64,000 nt of DNA from Candidatus Poribacteria bacterium (GTDB taxonomy: Bacteria; Poribacteria; WGA-4E; GCA-2687025), in contig OY762492.1 in assembly GCA_963665845.2 (NCBI GenBank), positions 1,120,001-1,184,000 on the forward strand, in the 5' to 3' direction. Made by a program: the position numbers and the translations under genes. Under the pieces are notes generated by a model. The model made no database searches. It was not told the origin of the DNA and saw only the letters and a list, made by a program, of their open reading frames with translations. The stretch's first letter is position 1, and each line of letters starts with the position of its first letter. Positions 1-10,407 of this stretch are shown here, piece by piece.

Positions 1-547
1 GTATGAGAAACCAGCCGGCGATGTCCAGCAGGGCGAAGCCGACCACCACAAAGCCCATCACTGCGCCCGCCCGGAAGGCAACCTGCAGCCCAGAGTTGAG
101 GCTCTGGCGCGCCGCGTTCGCCGTCCGCGCGGAGGCTTGCGTCGCCGTTTTCATACCGAAAAAGCCGCATAACCCAGAGAAAAAGCCGCCTGTCAAGAAC
201 GCGAACGGGACCACCTCATTCTGCGCTTTCAAGCCGAACGCCATCACCAAAAAGAGCGCGAACAGCAGCGCAAAAATGACCGTCACCACCCGGTATTGAC
301 GTTTTAAATACGCCATCGCGCCTTGGCGCACCGCCTCGGCGATCTCGATCATCGCGGGCGTTCCTTCCTCCCGCGACACGACCGAGCGGTAAAACAGATA
401 CGCTGTCAACAGCGCCGCAAGCGAACCCGCCGGCGCAATCCACCATATCAGCGGGAGGCTCGGCAGCGCCGACGAAGCCTCCGCCGTTTGCGCCAACGCC
501 GCCGGCGCGGCAAGCGCCCATAAACTGAAAATGACCGCTCTCATCAT
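1..547 (-). CDS. hppA: Membrane-bound Na+/H+-translocating pyrophosphatase, N-terminal part (runs off the window start)
   Basis: Not in the ORF track. Manual translation from ATG 547 gives MMRAVIFSLWALAAP...EGTPAMIEIAEAVRQGAMAYLKRQYRVV...FLTGGFFSGLCGFFGMKTATQASARTANAARQSLNSGLQVAFRAGAVMGFVVVGFALL, the typical HppA N-terminus. The start overlaps the folC stop (ATGA). Confidence 0.9.
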   Translation of the reverse strand, partial: MMRAVIFSLWALAAPAALAQTAEASSALPSLPLIWWIAPAGSLAALLTAYLFYRSVVSREEGTPAMIEIAEAVRQGAMAYLKRQYRVVTVIFALLFALFLVMAFGLKAQNEVVPFAFLTGGFFSGLCGFFGMKTATQASARTANAARQSLNSGLQVAFRAGAVMGFVVVGFALLDIAGWFLI

Positions 548-1890
548 GATTGTCCCTCTTCACAAAATGTTTGATACAAACTCGGCGCCAGCGTTCGCAA
601 CGCCTCGCCGACAAGATACACGGAACCAGTTATGCATACGACATCGCCCTGCGCATGCGCAAACGCCTGCTCTAAACAGGCGCGCGTTGAAACGGACGCA
701 TGCAGCCCGCGCCACGCCTCCGCCAGCGTCGACGGAGACGCCGCCCGCCCGACGCCCGACGCGCGCGTTAACTCAACATGCGAAACGGCGGGCGACAACG
801 CGCGCGCAAACGCCGCCGCGTCCTTGTCCGCCGACATTCCAACAATCAACCCGACGCGCCGATCCGAATACAGCTCCCGAAGAAGACTGCTCAATGCGAG
901 CGCCGATTCGGGCGTGTGCGCCGCGTCTAAAATGAGCGTCCGCCCATCCGACGCCTGCGCAGTCTGAAAGCGTCCGTAAAGCCGCGTCTCCTCAAGCCCT
1001 CGGCGCATCGCCTCAAGCGGAATATGCCAGCCCTCCCGCCGGAGAGTCAACGCCGCCGCGACAGCCGCCGCCGCGTTTTCAACCTGATGCGCCCCCAGCA
1101 TGCGCAGCCGCAGACCTTCAAGAGAGCCGCCGCGCCATTTGAGGCAACATGCCTCCCTGCCGTTCTGGACGCCCTCCCGCTCCATCCGAATCTCTTCAAA
1201 CGCGGAGATGAACGGGGCGCCTTGACGTTCCGCCTCTTCGCGCAGGACGCTCTCGGCGCGCGCGTTTTGACGGGACGAGACGACGGGGCGGCGCGGCTTG
1301 ACAATGCCCGCCTTTTCGCGCGCGATCTGCTCTAAGGTTTCCCCCAGCTCGCGCGTATGGTCAAGACCGATTGGGGCGATGACGCTCAAGACAGGGTCGC
1401 AGATGTTCGTCGCGTCCAGACGCCCGCCCATGCCGGTTTCAACGACGGCGGCGTCCGCTCCGTTCTCCCGCGCGAACAGAAAAAAGAGCGCCGTATACGC
1501 CTCAAAAAAGGTGATGACGCCCAGCTCCGAATTGCGCATCGCTTCCACGGCGGGGCGAACCTGCGCCGTTAAATCGGCAAACTGCTTTTTAGAGATCCAT
1601 CTGCCGTTTTGCTGAAAACGCTCTCTGGGAGAGACAAGGTGCGGCTGCGTGTAAAGCGATACATTCAGCCCGGCGGCGCGCAGGATATTCGCGGCGAAGG
1701 CGCAGATGGAGCCTTTGCCCTTCGTCCCGGCGACATGGACGATCCGCAGATCTGTATGCGGGTTTCCAAGCCGCGCCATCAACGCTTCCATTCGGCGCAG
1801 GTTGAAGCAGCGCGGAAGGCGCGCGTTCAGGGGCTGCGTTTCATAGTTCAGGAGCGCGTCCAAAAATTGGCGCGCGTCGTCGTAGGTCAA
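544..1890 (-). CDS. folC: Folylpolyglutamate synthase / dihydrofolate synthase
   Basis: HVAGTKGKGS P-loop; VVETGMGGRLDATN; IGLDHT..LG.TLEQIAREKAGI; ILDAAH; C-terminal TGSVYLVG. Confidence 0.95.
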   Translation of the reverse strand: MTYDDARQFLDALLNYETQPLNARLPRCFNLRRMEALMARLGNPHTDLRIVHVAGTKGKGSICAFAANILRAAGLNVSLYTQPHLVSPRERFQQNGRWISKKQFADLTAQVRPAVEAMRNSELGVITFFEAYTALFFLFARENGADAAVVETGMGGRLDATNICDPVLSVIAPIGLDHTRELGETLEQIAREKAGIVKPRRPVVSSRQNARAESVLREEAERQGAPFISAFEEIRMEREGVQNGREACCLKWRGGSLEGLRLRMLGAHQVENAAAAVAAALTLRREGWHIPLEAMRRGLEETRLYGRFQTAQASDGRTLILDAAHTPESALALSSLLRELYSDRRVGLIVGMSADKDAAAFARALSPAVSHVELTRASGVGRAASPSTLAEAWRGLHASVSTRACLEQAFAHAQGDVVCITGSVYLVGEALRTLAPSLYQTFCEEGQS

Positions 1891-2007
1891 TCGGCTCTCC
1901 GCCTTCGGGGTTGCGTCGCGTGTTTTCTTTTAAGTGTATGCGGTAGCGAGCGTTTTGTCGCCAAAATTTCTGCGGCGGGAATCCAGAGGCGCTGGGTGTA
2001 CCGGAGC

Positions 2008-2110
2008 GTCATTCCCGCGTAAGCGGGAATCCAGAGTTTTCCCAGACAGCCTTCGTATTCCAAAACGGCGCTCTAAAATCGAAATCATCGCCTATAAAGA
2101 CTGTCGTCAA
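2008..2110. repeat. Composite intergenic repeat: ATTCCC-N8-GGGAAT palindrome plus arm shared with 32891-32995 and 40140-40240
   Basis: GTCATTCCCGCGTAAGCGGGAATC followed by CAGAGTTTTCCCAGACAGCCTTCGTATTCCAAAACGGCGCTCTAAAATC, which is the reverse complement of the other two copies. Confidence 0.85.
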
Positions 2111-2120
2111 ACAGCTCGTC

Positions 2121-2149
2121 TTGACTCTAGACCAAACCGCCGTTAAGAT
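2121..2149 (+). promoter_or_regulatory. Putative sigma70 promoter for secDF
   Basis: TTGACT-N17-TAAGAT, 48 nt upstream of the secD ATG. Confidence 0.6.
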
Positions 2150-2197
2150 TGTTTCTTGTTGCGCGTATTCACATAAGACAGATAGGGGCGATTTCCG

Positions 2198-4186
2198 ATG
2201 CAGCGAATCGGCGCATGGAGAATAGCGGTCATTTTTTTCACATTCACGCTTGCCGTGATGTGTATCCTCCCCAGCTTCTCCTCCTACTACGGAACGATGT
2301 TCGGGTACCTTGACGCGCCGCTGCAGAAAAAAGGCGGCGTCAGCAAACCGCTTCCGGTCGACGAAGGCATCGAATTCACGCTCGAAGCCAGCCCCGGCAA
2401 GACGCTCCGAAACCAGTACCGCGACTTTGCCAACGCGGTGCGAACGCGGGCGGCCGCCATCGGGCTTGAAGACGCCGCCGTCAACGGCGCCAAAGCGCCC
2501 ATCGAAGACGCCGCGCGCGTCCAGAACAAAGCGCTCTTCACCTACTCCGATCCGCAAGATCGAACGCCTGAACAGATCATTGAGCAGATGCAGCTGTTCG
2601 GCAAGTTGCCGGCGTCGCTCCGCTGGCTCTTCCCGACAACGCGGCTCAACCTAGGGCTAGACCTGAAAGGCGGCGTCTACCTTGTACTAGAGCTGGACCT
2701 GAAAGCCGCGCAGCAAGACACGCTGAACAATCTTCAAACCAACGTGCGCAGCGACCTGCGCGACAGGTATTTTGTCAACTGCAAGGAAGTGCGGCGCGAC
2801 GAAGACGCGCTCATTGTCGTCATTCAGCCGAACAAGAACTGGGGCGCCGACGCCGATTCCAAAAAACAGGATGTGGAACAGTATTTGAACGAGATCGAAA
2901 CCGTTCACTCGGAGCCGCTCAACGGCGGAATGCCGAACGCGGAAGGGCTTGTCGAATACAGGCTCTCCATCGACGAGGAGCGGTTCAAGGAGCAGGAAGA
3001 TCAAGCGCTGGCGCAGATGCTGGAGGTGCTGCGGAACCGAGTCGACGCCTTCGGAGTGTCGGAGCCGGAGATACGCCGCCAGCCGAACCGCCCCCGCATC
3101 ATCGTTCAACTGCCCGGCGCGAGCGATTCGTCAACGGCGGTGAATGTGGTGCGGACGATGGGCATCCTGCAGTTCCGCATGGTGAAGCAGCGGGACGACC
3201 GCCCATGGACAGGCGTCGCCTCGCCGCCGGAACCGTCCGAGATACCGGACGACGCGGAGCTGCTATACGACGAAGAGGGCGCTTGGTATGTGGTGGATAA
3301 ACGAACGGAGGTGTCCGGAAGCGAACTGGTGCGCGCCGGGACCTCGATGAACCAGATCGCCGAGATTATTGTGACGTTGAAATTCAACAGCAGCGGGCGG
3401 CGCGCCTTCGCTGAAACGACGACGAGCCATACGAACGAGCGCCTTGGGATCATACTGGACGGATCGGTCGTCTCGGCGCCGAACATCAACGAGCCGATAC
3501 GCGGCGGCGAAGCGACCATCAGCGGCAACTTCACCCAAGAAGAGGCGAACGACCTAGCGCGCATTCTCCGGGCGGGCGCGTTTCCGGTCGGCGTGGTCAT
3601 CGCGGAGGAGCGCACCGTCGGACCGAGCCTAGGGCAAGAGGCGATCTTGAAAGGCGCGCGCGCCGGCGCTCTCGGCATGGCGCTGGTTCTCGTCTTTGTC
3701 ATTCTTTTCTATAATCTGTGCGGCTTCTTCTCCTGGATCGCTCTGGCGCTGAACGGGCTGCTGATACTTGCCGCGTTGGCGCTGCTGAACGCGACGCTCA
3801 CCCTCCCAGGCCTCGCCGGGCTGGTGCTGACCATCGGCATGGCGGTTGACGCGAACGTTCTCATCAACGAGCGCATCAAGGAGGAGATCAAGGCGGGCAA
3901 GACGATCATGTCGGCGATCAACGCCGGCTACTCGCGCGTGTTCTGGACGATCTTTGACGCGAACGTGACAACCTTTTTGACCGCTCTTGTGCTGTATATG
4001 TTCGGCTCCGGCGCGGTGAAAGGGTTCGGCGTCACGCTCATGATCGGCATTGTCTGCACCATGTTCACCGCGCTGTTTGTCACCCGCGCGTTCTACCGTA
4101 TTTATGAGACGCGGCAGCGGGCGTCGCTTCCGATTTTCCCGCTGTTCACCGCGCGCAAACCTGCTGAAAGGGAAGCCGTTGGATAA
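2198..4186 (+). CDS. secD: Protein translocase subunit SecD
   Basis: LNLGLDLKGG; LRNRVDAFGVSEP; IIVQLPG; RTVGPSLG; TLTLPGLAGLVLTIGMAVDANVLINERIKEE; IFDANVTT. Confidence 0.97.
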   Translation: MQRIGAWRIAVIFFTFTLAVMCILPSFSSYYGTMFGYLDAPLQKKGGVSKPLPVDEGIEFTLEASPGKTLRNQYRDFANAVRTRAAAIGLEDAAVNGAKAPIEDAARVQNKALFTYSDPQDRTPEQIIEQMQLFGKLPASLRWLFPTTRLNLGLDLKGGVYLVLELDLKAAQQDTLNNLQTNVRSDLRDRYFVNCKEVRRDEDALIVVIQPNKNWGADADSKKQDVEQYLNEIETVHSEPLNGGMPNAEGLVEYRLSIDEERFKEQEDQALAQMLEVLRNRVDAFGVSEPEIRRQPNRPRIIVQLPGASDSSTAVNVVRTMGILQFRMVKQRDDRPWTGVASPPEPSEIPDDAELLYDEEGAWYVVDKRTEVSGSELVRAGTSMNQIAEIIVTLKFNSSGRRAFAETTTSHTNERLGIILDGSVVSAPNINEPIRGGEATISGNFTQEEANDLARILRAGAFPVGVVIAEERTVGPSLGQEAILKGARAGALGMALVLVFVILFYNLCGFFSWIALALNGLLILAALALLNATLTLPGLAGLVLTIGMAVDANVLINERIKEEIKAGKTIMSAINAGYSRVFWTIFDANVTTFLTALVLYMFGSGAVKGFGVTLMIGIVCTMFTALFVTRAFYRIYETRQRASLPIFPLFTARKPAEREAVG

Positions 4187-5066
4187 TACGATCAACTTTT
4201 TAGGGGCGCGCCGCATCTGCTTTTCCGTCTCTGTAGCGCTCCTCGCCGTCGGGCTGGCGACGCTGCTTGCCAAGGGCGGACCGAGCCTCGGCATCGACTT
4301 TCGGGGCGGGGTGCATATCGTCGCGGCGCTGATAGACCCCGCCGACCCCGACCAGGTCGCGGACGCCATCGAAGCGGCCGGCATCAGCCGTCCAAAAGTG
4401 GTCGCCGCCGCCGACAATGTTCTCCTGATCGACGCCGCCGCCGATAAACCGGGCGTTGGTCAAGAGATTATCGAGGCGGTCGGCGCCGCCTTTCCGATTC
4501 AACCGGGCGGCTTCGAAATCAACGAAGTCGGAGCCAATGTCGGACAAGACCTGCAGATCGCCGGCATTCTCATGATTGTCGTATCGCTCGGTCTGCTGCT
4601 CATCTACATCTCGCTGCGGTTTGAGTGGCGGTTCGCCGTCGCCGCCATCGCCGCCATCGTCCATGACGTCCTGATTGTGCTGTGCGTCTTTACGGCGCTG
4701 AATTTAGAGATCAACCTGCCGACGCTTGCGGCGTTCTTGACGGTGGTCGGCTACTCCATCAACGACACGATCGTCGTCTTCGACAGGATACGCGAAAACA
4801 GGCGGCTCATGCGCGGCGTCCGCTACCTTGACCTCATCAACGCAAGCGTGACGCAGACCTTGTCGCGGACGCTGCTGACCTCACTGACAACCTTTTTTGT
4901 GGTGGCGCTCATTTTTTGGCAGTCGGTGGCGGGGGAGCTGCGGACGTTTTCGCTGGCGCTGGTGTTCGGGATCGTCGTCGGAACCTACTCGTCGATCTAT
5001 ATCGCCAGCCCGATTGTGTTGGCGCTTCGTCCGAAGGCGCGGTATGCCGCGGCGAAACCGTCTTAA
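4179..5066 (+). CDS. secF: Protein translocase subunit SecF
   Basis: LGIDFRGG; HDVLI; GYSINDTIVVFDRIREN; TLSRTLLTSLTT; GTYSSIYIA. Probable TTG start at 4179 overlapping the secD stop. Confidence 0.95.
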   Translation: MDNTINFLGARRICFSVSVALLAVGLATLLAKGGPSLGIDFRGGVHIVAALIDPADPDQVADAIEAAGISRPKVVAAADNVLLIDAAADKPGVGQEIIEAVGAAFPIQPGGFEINEVGANVGQDLQIAGILMIVVSLGLLLIYISLRFEWRFAVAAIAAIVHDVLIVLCVFTALNLEINLPTLAAFLTVVGYSINDTIVVFDRIRENRRLMRGVRYLDLINASVTQTLSRTLLTSLTTFFVVALIFWQSVAGELRTFSLALVFGIVVGTYSSIYIASPIVLALRPKARYAAAKPS

Positions 5067-5185
5067 GCAGTTAAGGCGCCGTATCGAGCGTTGACCTGCA
5101 TGGCTGTAGATTCTTGTCTAGCGCCAAGCGCGGCACGGCGGTCTGACAAGCGAAGCGTTTTCTAATTTTAAAAGAGGAACGGAAC

Positions 5186-6094
5186 ATGGCGGAAGAGAAA
5201 CCGAAGGTCGGATTTATCGGGCTGGGAATCATGGGCGCGCCCATGTCGATGAACCTGCTGAACGCGGGATTTGAGCTGGTCGTATGGAACCGCACCGCCT
5301 CCAAAATGGAGCCGCTTCTTGAGGCGGGGGCTGAAGCGGCGGAGTCTCCCGCCGACGCGGCGGCGCGCAGCGGGGTTGTCGTCTCCATCGTCGGCGACTC
5401 GCCGGACGTTGAACAGGTGGCGCTGGGCGGCAACGGCGTCATCGACGGCATCAAGGCGGGCGGCGTCTATGTGGATATGTCGACCATCTCGCCCGCTGTG
5501 ACGCGCCAGGTGGCCGAGCGCCTGTCGGAGAAGGGCGCGCTCATGCTGGACGCGCCTGTCAGCGGCGGAGACATCGGCGCGCAGGCGGGGACGCTCTCCA
5601 TCATGGTCGGCGGACCCTCCGAGGCGTTTGAAAAATGCCTCCCGCTTTTTGAAGCGATGGGCAAGAACATCGTCCACGCCGGCGAAGAGAACGGACTTGG
5701 TCAATATGTGAAGCTGTGCAACCAGACCGCATGCGTTCTGAACCTGCTTGCGATGTGCGAGTCGATAGCGCTCGGAGCGAAGGCGGGGCTTGACCTTGAA
5801 AAAATGCTTGCGGCGATCACAAAAGGCGCCGCCGGATCATGGATGCTGACGAATGCCGCGCCGAAGGTTCTGGACGGCGATTGGGAGCCGGGCTTTATGA
5901 TCGATCTTCAGCAGAAAGACCTGCGCCTTGTTTTAGAAGCGGCGGCGGAGATGAACCTGCCGCTGCCGGGTACGGCGCTGGTGAACCAGCTGTTTCGGTC
6001 GATTCAAGCGGCGGGAATGGGCAAAAAAGGAACGCAGGCGCTGATACACGCGCTGGAACGGCTCGGACACTTTACGGCGGCGCAGGAAAAATGA
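5186..6094 (+). CDS. NAD(P)-dependent beta-hydroxyacid dehydrogenase (tartronate semialdehyde reductase / 3-hydroxyisobutyrate dehydrogenase family)
   Basis: [13 protein letters not shown]; DMSTISP; LDAPVSGG; GQYVKLCNQ; [11 protein letters not shown]. Confidence 0.9.
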   Translation: MAEEKPKVGFIGLGIMGAPMSMNLLNAGFELVVWNRTASKMEPLLEAGAEAAESPADAAARSGVVVSIVGDSPDVEQVALGGNGVIDGIKAGGVYVDMSTISPAVTRQVAERLSEKGALMLDAPVSGGDIGAQAGTLSIMVGGPSEAFEKCLPLFEAMGKNIVHAGEENGLGQYVKLCNQTACVLNLLAMCESIALGAKAGLDLEKMLAAITKGAAGSWMLTNAAPKVLDGDWEPGFMIDLQQKDLRLVLEAAAEMNLPLPGTALVNQLFRSIQAAGMGKKGTQALIHALERLGHFTAAQEK

Positions 6095-7977
6095 ACCGAT
6101 ACGACAAGACATACGATGTGATTGTGGTCGGCGGCGGGCATGCCGGCATTGAGGCTTCCCTTGCGGCGGCGCGCATGGGGGCGCAGACGCTTCTGTTGAC
6201 GATGAGCCTGGACACCATCGGGCAGATGTCATGCAACCCCGCCATCGGGGGACTTGCCAAGGGGCATATGGTGAAGGAGATCGACGCGCTCGGCGGAGAG
6301 ATGGCGCGCGCCATCGATGACACCGGCATTCAGTTTCGGCAGCTGAACACGCGCAAGGGTCCCGCTGTCCGCGCCTCCCGCGCCCAAGCCGATAAAAAAG
6401 AGTACCAGGTTCGCATGAAAGAGACGGTCGAATCGCAGGAGAACCTGGACGTCAAGATGGCGATGGCGGACGATTTTGTTGTTGAAGGAGAGGACAGGCC
6501 GCGCGTTCAGGGCGTCTTAACAAAAACGGGCATGTTCTACCCGTCTCGAACCGTCGTCATGACGACCGGCACCTTTTTGCGCGGGCTGATCCATATCGGA
6601 ACCTTTCAGCATAAAAGCGGGCGCGCGGGGGAGCCGTCCGCCGAGACGATGTCCGCCGGGCTGGGTCGGCTTCAGTTTCGGCTTGGACGGCTCAAGACAG
6701 GCACGCCGCCCCGCGTCCAGGCGCGAACCATCGATTTTAGCCAACTGGAAACGCAGCCGGGCGACGACCCGCCCAAGCCTTTCTCCTTCGCCAACGACAT
6801 CATCAAGCAGGAGCAGATGGACTGTTACCTCGCCCGAACGACGCCGGCAACGCATCGGATCATCTCCGACAACCTACATCTGTCCGCCATGTATTCGGGG
6901 CAGATTGAGGCGAAGGGACCGCGCTACTGCCCGTCCATTGAGGACAAGATCGTCAAGTTTCCCGACAAGAGCGAGCATCTTATTTTTGTGGAGCCTGAAG
7001 GTCGGCGGACGCGCGAAATCTACCTGAACGGCGTTTCCATGAGCCTGCCGGAGCCTGTCCAGATCGACATTGTGCGTTCCATACCGGGCTTTGAACAGGC
7101 GGAGCTGATGCGCCCCGCTTACGCCGTCGAATACGATTACTGCGATCCGACGCAGCTGCTGCCGAGCCTTGAAACGAAGCCGGCGGCGGGGCTGTATTTT
7201 GCGGGACAGATCAACGGAACGACGGGATATGAAGAGGCGGCGGGGCAGGGCATTATGGCGGGGATCAACGCCGCCCTTGCCGCGCGCGGAGAGGAGCCGC
7301 TCATCTTGGACAGGTCGGAGGCGTATATCGGCGTTCTCATCGACGACCTTGTGACGAAAGGGACGCAAGAGCCGTATCGGATGTTCACGTCGCGCGCCGA
7401 ATACCGCCTCATGCTTCGGGAGGAGAACGCGGACATGCGCTTGACGGAGGCGGGTCGACGCATCGGGCTGGCGTCGGACGAGGCGTATGAGCGGTACCGT
7501 TTGAAGCGGCGGCAGATGGAAGAGGAGCTGGAACGGCTGAAAGGCGCGCGCGTTGACCCGACAGAAGAGACGCAGCGCCTCTTGCGGCAATATCGTTCCG
7601 CCGAGCTGAAAAAGCCGACGCGCGCTTCAGAACTGATCCGCCGTCCGGAGCTGTCGTATGAGGCGGTTTGCGCATTGAGCGCTCCGCCTAAACCGCTGAC
7701 GCGGTCCGCCGCGGAGGAGGTTGAGCAGACGCTCAAATACGAGGGCTATATCGCTCGGCAGAATGCGCAGATTGAGCAGTTCAAGCGGCTTGAGGCGTGG
7801 AAAATACCGGCGGGGTTCGATTATGAGCAGGCGGCGGGGTTGAAGCGGGAGTGCCGCGAAAAGTTGGCGGCGATACAGCCCGCGTCGCTCGGTCAAGCGT
7901 CGCGCATCTCCGGCGTGTCGCCGGCGGACATCTCGGCGCTGATGGTCATTCTGCGCGGGATGAGCCGGCAGCGTTGA
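6091..7977 (+). CDS. mnmG: tRNA uridine-5-carboxymethylaminomethyl(34) synthesis enzyme MnmG
   Basis: [15 protein letters not shown]; [13 protein letters not shown]; LKTGTPPR; [11 protein letters not shown]; [14 protein letters not shown]; [14 protein letters not shown]. Start at 6091 by ATGA overlap. Confidence 0.98.
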   Translation: MNRYDKTYDVIVVGGGHAGIEASLAAARMGAQTLLLTMSLDTIGQMSCNPAIGGLAKGHMVKEIDALGGEMARAIDDTGIQFRQLNTRKGPAVRASRAQADKKEYQVRMKETVESQENLDVKMAMADDFVVEGEDRPRVQGVLTKTGMFYPSRTVVMTTGTFLRGLIHIGTFQHKSGRAGEPSAETMSAGLGRLQFRLGRLKTGTPPRVQARTIDFSQLETQPGDDPPKPFSFANDIIKQEQMDCYLARTTPATHRIISDNLHLSAMYSGQIEAKGPRYCPSIEDKIVKFPDKSEHLIFVEPEGRRTREIYLNGVSMSLPEPVQIDIVRSIPGFEQAELMRPAYAVEYDYCDPTQLLPSLETKPAAGLYFAGQINGTTGYEEAAGQGIMAGINAALAARGEEPLILDRSEAYIGVLIDDLVTKGTQEPYRMFTSRAEYRLMLREENADMRLTEAGRRIGLASDEAYERYRLKRRQMEEELERLKGARVDPTEETQRLLRQYRSAELKKPTRASELIRRPELSYEAVCALSAPPKPLTRSAAEEVEQTLKYEGYIARQNAQIEQFKRLEAWKIPAGFDYEQAAGLKRECREKLAAIQPASLGQASRISGVSPADISALMVILRGMSRQR

Positions 7978-8016
7978 GCGGCGCGCTGGCGCTATAATGT
8001 CATGAAGGAGGCGTCT

Positions 8017-9312
8017 ATGACAAAAACATGCGCTCGGCTGTTGGCGGTCCCGCTTTTAGCGGCGTTGTCGCTCTATGCCTGCAATCAAAGCCCCGAACCG
8101 CCCCCCGCGCCGACGGAAAAAGACGAAGTTCAGCAGACCGCGCCGATGGAAAAAGACGAAGTTCAGCCGTTGGAAATTGGAGCGGCGGTGACCGACTTTA
8201 CGCTCACTGAAGTACACGAAAAGTCCGCCGTCTCTTTAGCCGACTACGAACAGGCGGCGTTGTTTGCGATCATCTTTATCAGCAGAGAATCCTCGGTGTC
8301 GAACGCCTACATGAGCCGCCTTGTCGAACTGCATCAGATGTATCAGTCCAAAGGCGTTCAGTTTCTCGCCGTCAACTCCAACGAGGCGGAGACGTTCAGC
8401 GCCTTTTACGGTCAGCTGCCGTTTCCCATTTTGAAAGACAGGAACTACGAACTGGCGGATCATCTTCAGGCGGTTGTGACGCCGGAGGCGTTTTTGATTC
8501 AACCTATCCGCGCCGCCGCGGCGGAAGACAGCGGCGAGACGAAGTACATCCTGCGTTACAGCGGCGCGCTGGATGACGCGCAAGACGCGGGGAAAGTGGA
8601 GAAGCAGTATTTAAAAGAGGCGATTGACGCGCTGCTGTCGGGCGGCGGCGCGAACCTGAAGCGCATCCTGCCAACGGCGGGCTGGCCCATCGACCGCATT
8701 CGGCCGTTAGAAATTGGAACGGCGGCGGCCGACTTTACGCTCATTGATGTCCGCGAAAAGTCCGCCGTCTCTTTAGCCGATTATGAACAGGCGGCGGCGT
8801 TTGCGATCATCTTTATCGGTATCAATTGCGAGGCATCGAACGCCTACTTGAGCCGCCTCTCCGAACTGCATCAGACGTATCAACCCAAAGGCGTTCAGTT
8901 TCTCGCTGTCAACCCCAACGAGGATGATAAGCTCAGCGCCGTTGAAGAGCATGCGGAGGCGCATCAACTGCCGTTTCCCGTTTTAAAAGACTTGATCTAC
9001 GAGCTGGCGGATCAGCTTCAGGCAGTTGTGACGCCGGAAGCGTTTTTGATTCAACCTGTCCGCCCCGCCGCGGCGGAAAACGGCGGCGAGACAAAGTACA
9101 TCCTGCGTTACAGCGGCGCGCTGGACGACGCGCAAGACGCGGCGAAAGTGAAGACACGGCATTTAAAAGAGGCGATCGACGCGCTGCTGTCGGGCGGCGG
9201 CGCGAACCTGAAGCGCGTACAGCCGGAGGGCTGGCCCATAGACCGCGTCGACAACTACGGAAGACCGCTAGACGGCGTTGACGCCAACGGAAAACCGAAA
9301 GCGACCCCATGA
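8017..9312 (+). CDS. Lipoprotein with two tandem redoxin (AhpC/TSA, thioredoxin-fold) domains
   Basis: AAGGAGG RBS before ATG 8017; lipobox LYAC; two copies of IG..(A)DFTL...KGVQFLAVN.N...LPFP.LKD...TPEAFLI...LRYSGALDD. Confidence 0.8.
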   Translation: MTKTCARLLAVPLLAALSLYACNQSPEPPPAPTEKDEVQQTAPMEKDEVQPLEIGAAVTDFTLTEVHEKSAVSLADYEQAALFAIIFISRESSVSNAYMSRLVELHQMYQSKGVQFLAVNSNEAETFSAFYGQLPFPILKDRNYELADHLQAVVTPEAFLIQPIRAAAAEDSGETKYILRYSGALDDAQDAGKVEKQYLKEAIDALLSGGGANLKRILPTAGWPIDRIRPLEIGTAAADFTLIDVREKSAVSLADYEQAAAFAIIFIGINCEASNAYLSRLSELHQTYQPKGVQFLAVNPNEDDKLSAVEEHAEAHQLPFPVLKDLIYELADQLQAVVTPEAFLIQPVRPAAAENGGETKYILRYSGALDDAQDAAKVKTRHLKEAIDALLSGGGANLKRVQPEGWPIDRVDNYGRPLDGVDANGKPKATP

Positions 9313-10247
9313 GCATACAGCGGAACGACGAAACATTAGAGGTGATTGTAGCGAAGAGCGCCGGGACATGCTTCGGCGTGGAGGCGGCGATTGAGATCGC
9401 CGAACGGGAGCGGAAGCCGATACTCGGTCCGCTTGTGCATAACCCGCGCACCGTGAACCGCCTTGCCGCGCAGGGCATTCCGATCTTGGAGCGTTACGCT
9501 TCGCTGGATGAACTGGAGGGCGTCAACGAGACGGTCATTACGGCGCATGGGTACCCGAAGGAGCTGAAGGAGGCGTTGACGGAGCGCGGCATCGCCTACC
9601 ATGACGCCACCTGCCCCGTTCTGTTGAAATGGGTGTACCGCAAGATCGAGAACTTTGAACGGGACGGGTACCATGTGATTCTGATTGGGAACCCAGACCA
9701 TGCGGAGATCATCGCCAGCCGAAGCTACGGACAGAACATCAGCGTTGTGTACAGCGCGGAGGATGTGGACGCTTTGCCGGACGGGCTGGGTTCGACCGTC
9801 GCGGTTTGCCAGACGACGATCACGCGGGAGAAATTTCAGGGGCTGGTGGACCTGATACGGGAGCGGCGTTACCCCGATCTGAAGGCGGTTGACACGCGCT
9901 GCCATCCGGTGAAAAATCAGCAGGAGGCGGTCGAGTCGCTCGCGCAGTGGGTGGACGCGATGGTCATTGTGGGCGGTTTTGATTCCAGCAATACGACCAA
10001 TTTGGCGCGCATTTCCCGCAAGTATCTGCCGGAGCGCACCTACCATATCGATTCGAAGGAGCTGCTTCAGCGGGAGTGGCTTGCAGGAGCGCGTCATCTG
10101 GGCATCGGCGCGGGAACCAGCACGCCGAAAGATCAGATCGAAGGGGTGAAGCGGCGCATCGCGGAGCTGTCGGAAGCGCCGGTCGTTTTCCGCAAGGACG
10201 GTTCGGACGACGAGGATCTGGAAGGGATTGACGGGTCGGAGATTTAG
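9309..10247 (+). CDS. ispH: 4-hydroxy-3-methylbut-2-enyl diphosphate reductase
   Basis: AGTCFGVEAAI; LVHNP; ITAHG; DATCP; HAEI; QTT; SSNT; GAGTSTP. Confidence 0.95.
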   Translation: MSIQRNDETLEVIVAKSAGTCFGVEAAIEIAERERKPILGPLVHNPRTVNRLAAQGIPILERYASLDELEGVNETVITAHGYPKELKEALTERGIAYHDATCPVLLKWVYRKIENFERDGYHVILIGNPDHAEIIASRSYGQNISVVYSAEDVDALPDGLGSTVAVCQTTITREKFQGLVDLIRERRYPDLKAVDTRCHPVKNQQEAVESLAQWVDAMVIVGGFDSSNTTNLARISRKYLPERTYHIDSKELLQREWLAGARHLGIGAGTSTPKDQIEGVKRRIAELSEAPVVFRKDGSDDEDLEGIDGSEI

Positions 10248-10283
10248 CGGCTCTTGTCATTCCTGCGCAAGCGGGTTTGACCC

Positions 10284-10317
10284 TTGACAAAACCAGACAG
10301 CCAACTCATGCTATCTT
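10284..10317 (+). promoter_or_regulatory. Putative promoter of the methyltransferase locus
   Basis: TTGACA-N17-CATGCT with an overlapping TGnTATCTT extended -10. Confidence 0.4.
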
Positions 10318-10407
10318 ATGCAGGACGTTGGAGAACGTAACGGAATTGATGATTCGAACGTTCTCAACCATGCCAGCGTCGAAATCGTCAACTTGAAGGG
10401 CAGCCGA

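Noticed and set aside
3-614. ORFs 3-299 (+) and 216-614 (-) from the ORF track
   Set aside because: They are antisense or off-frame shadows of the hppA reading frame, which starts at 547
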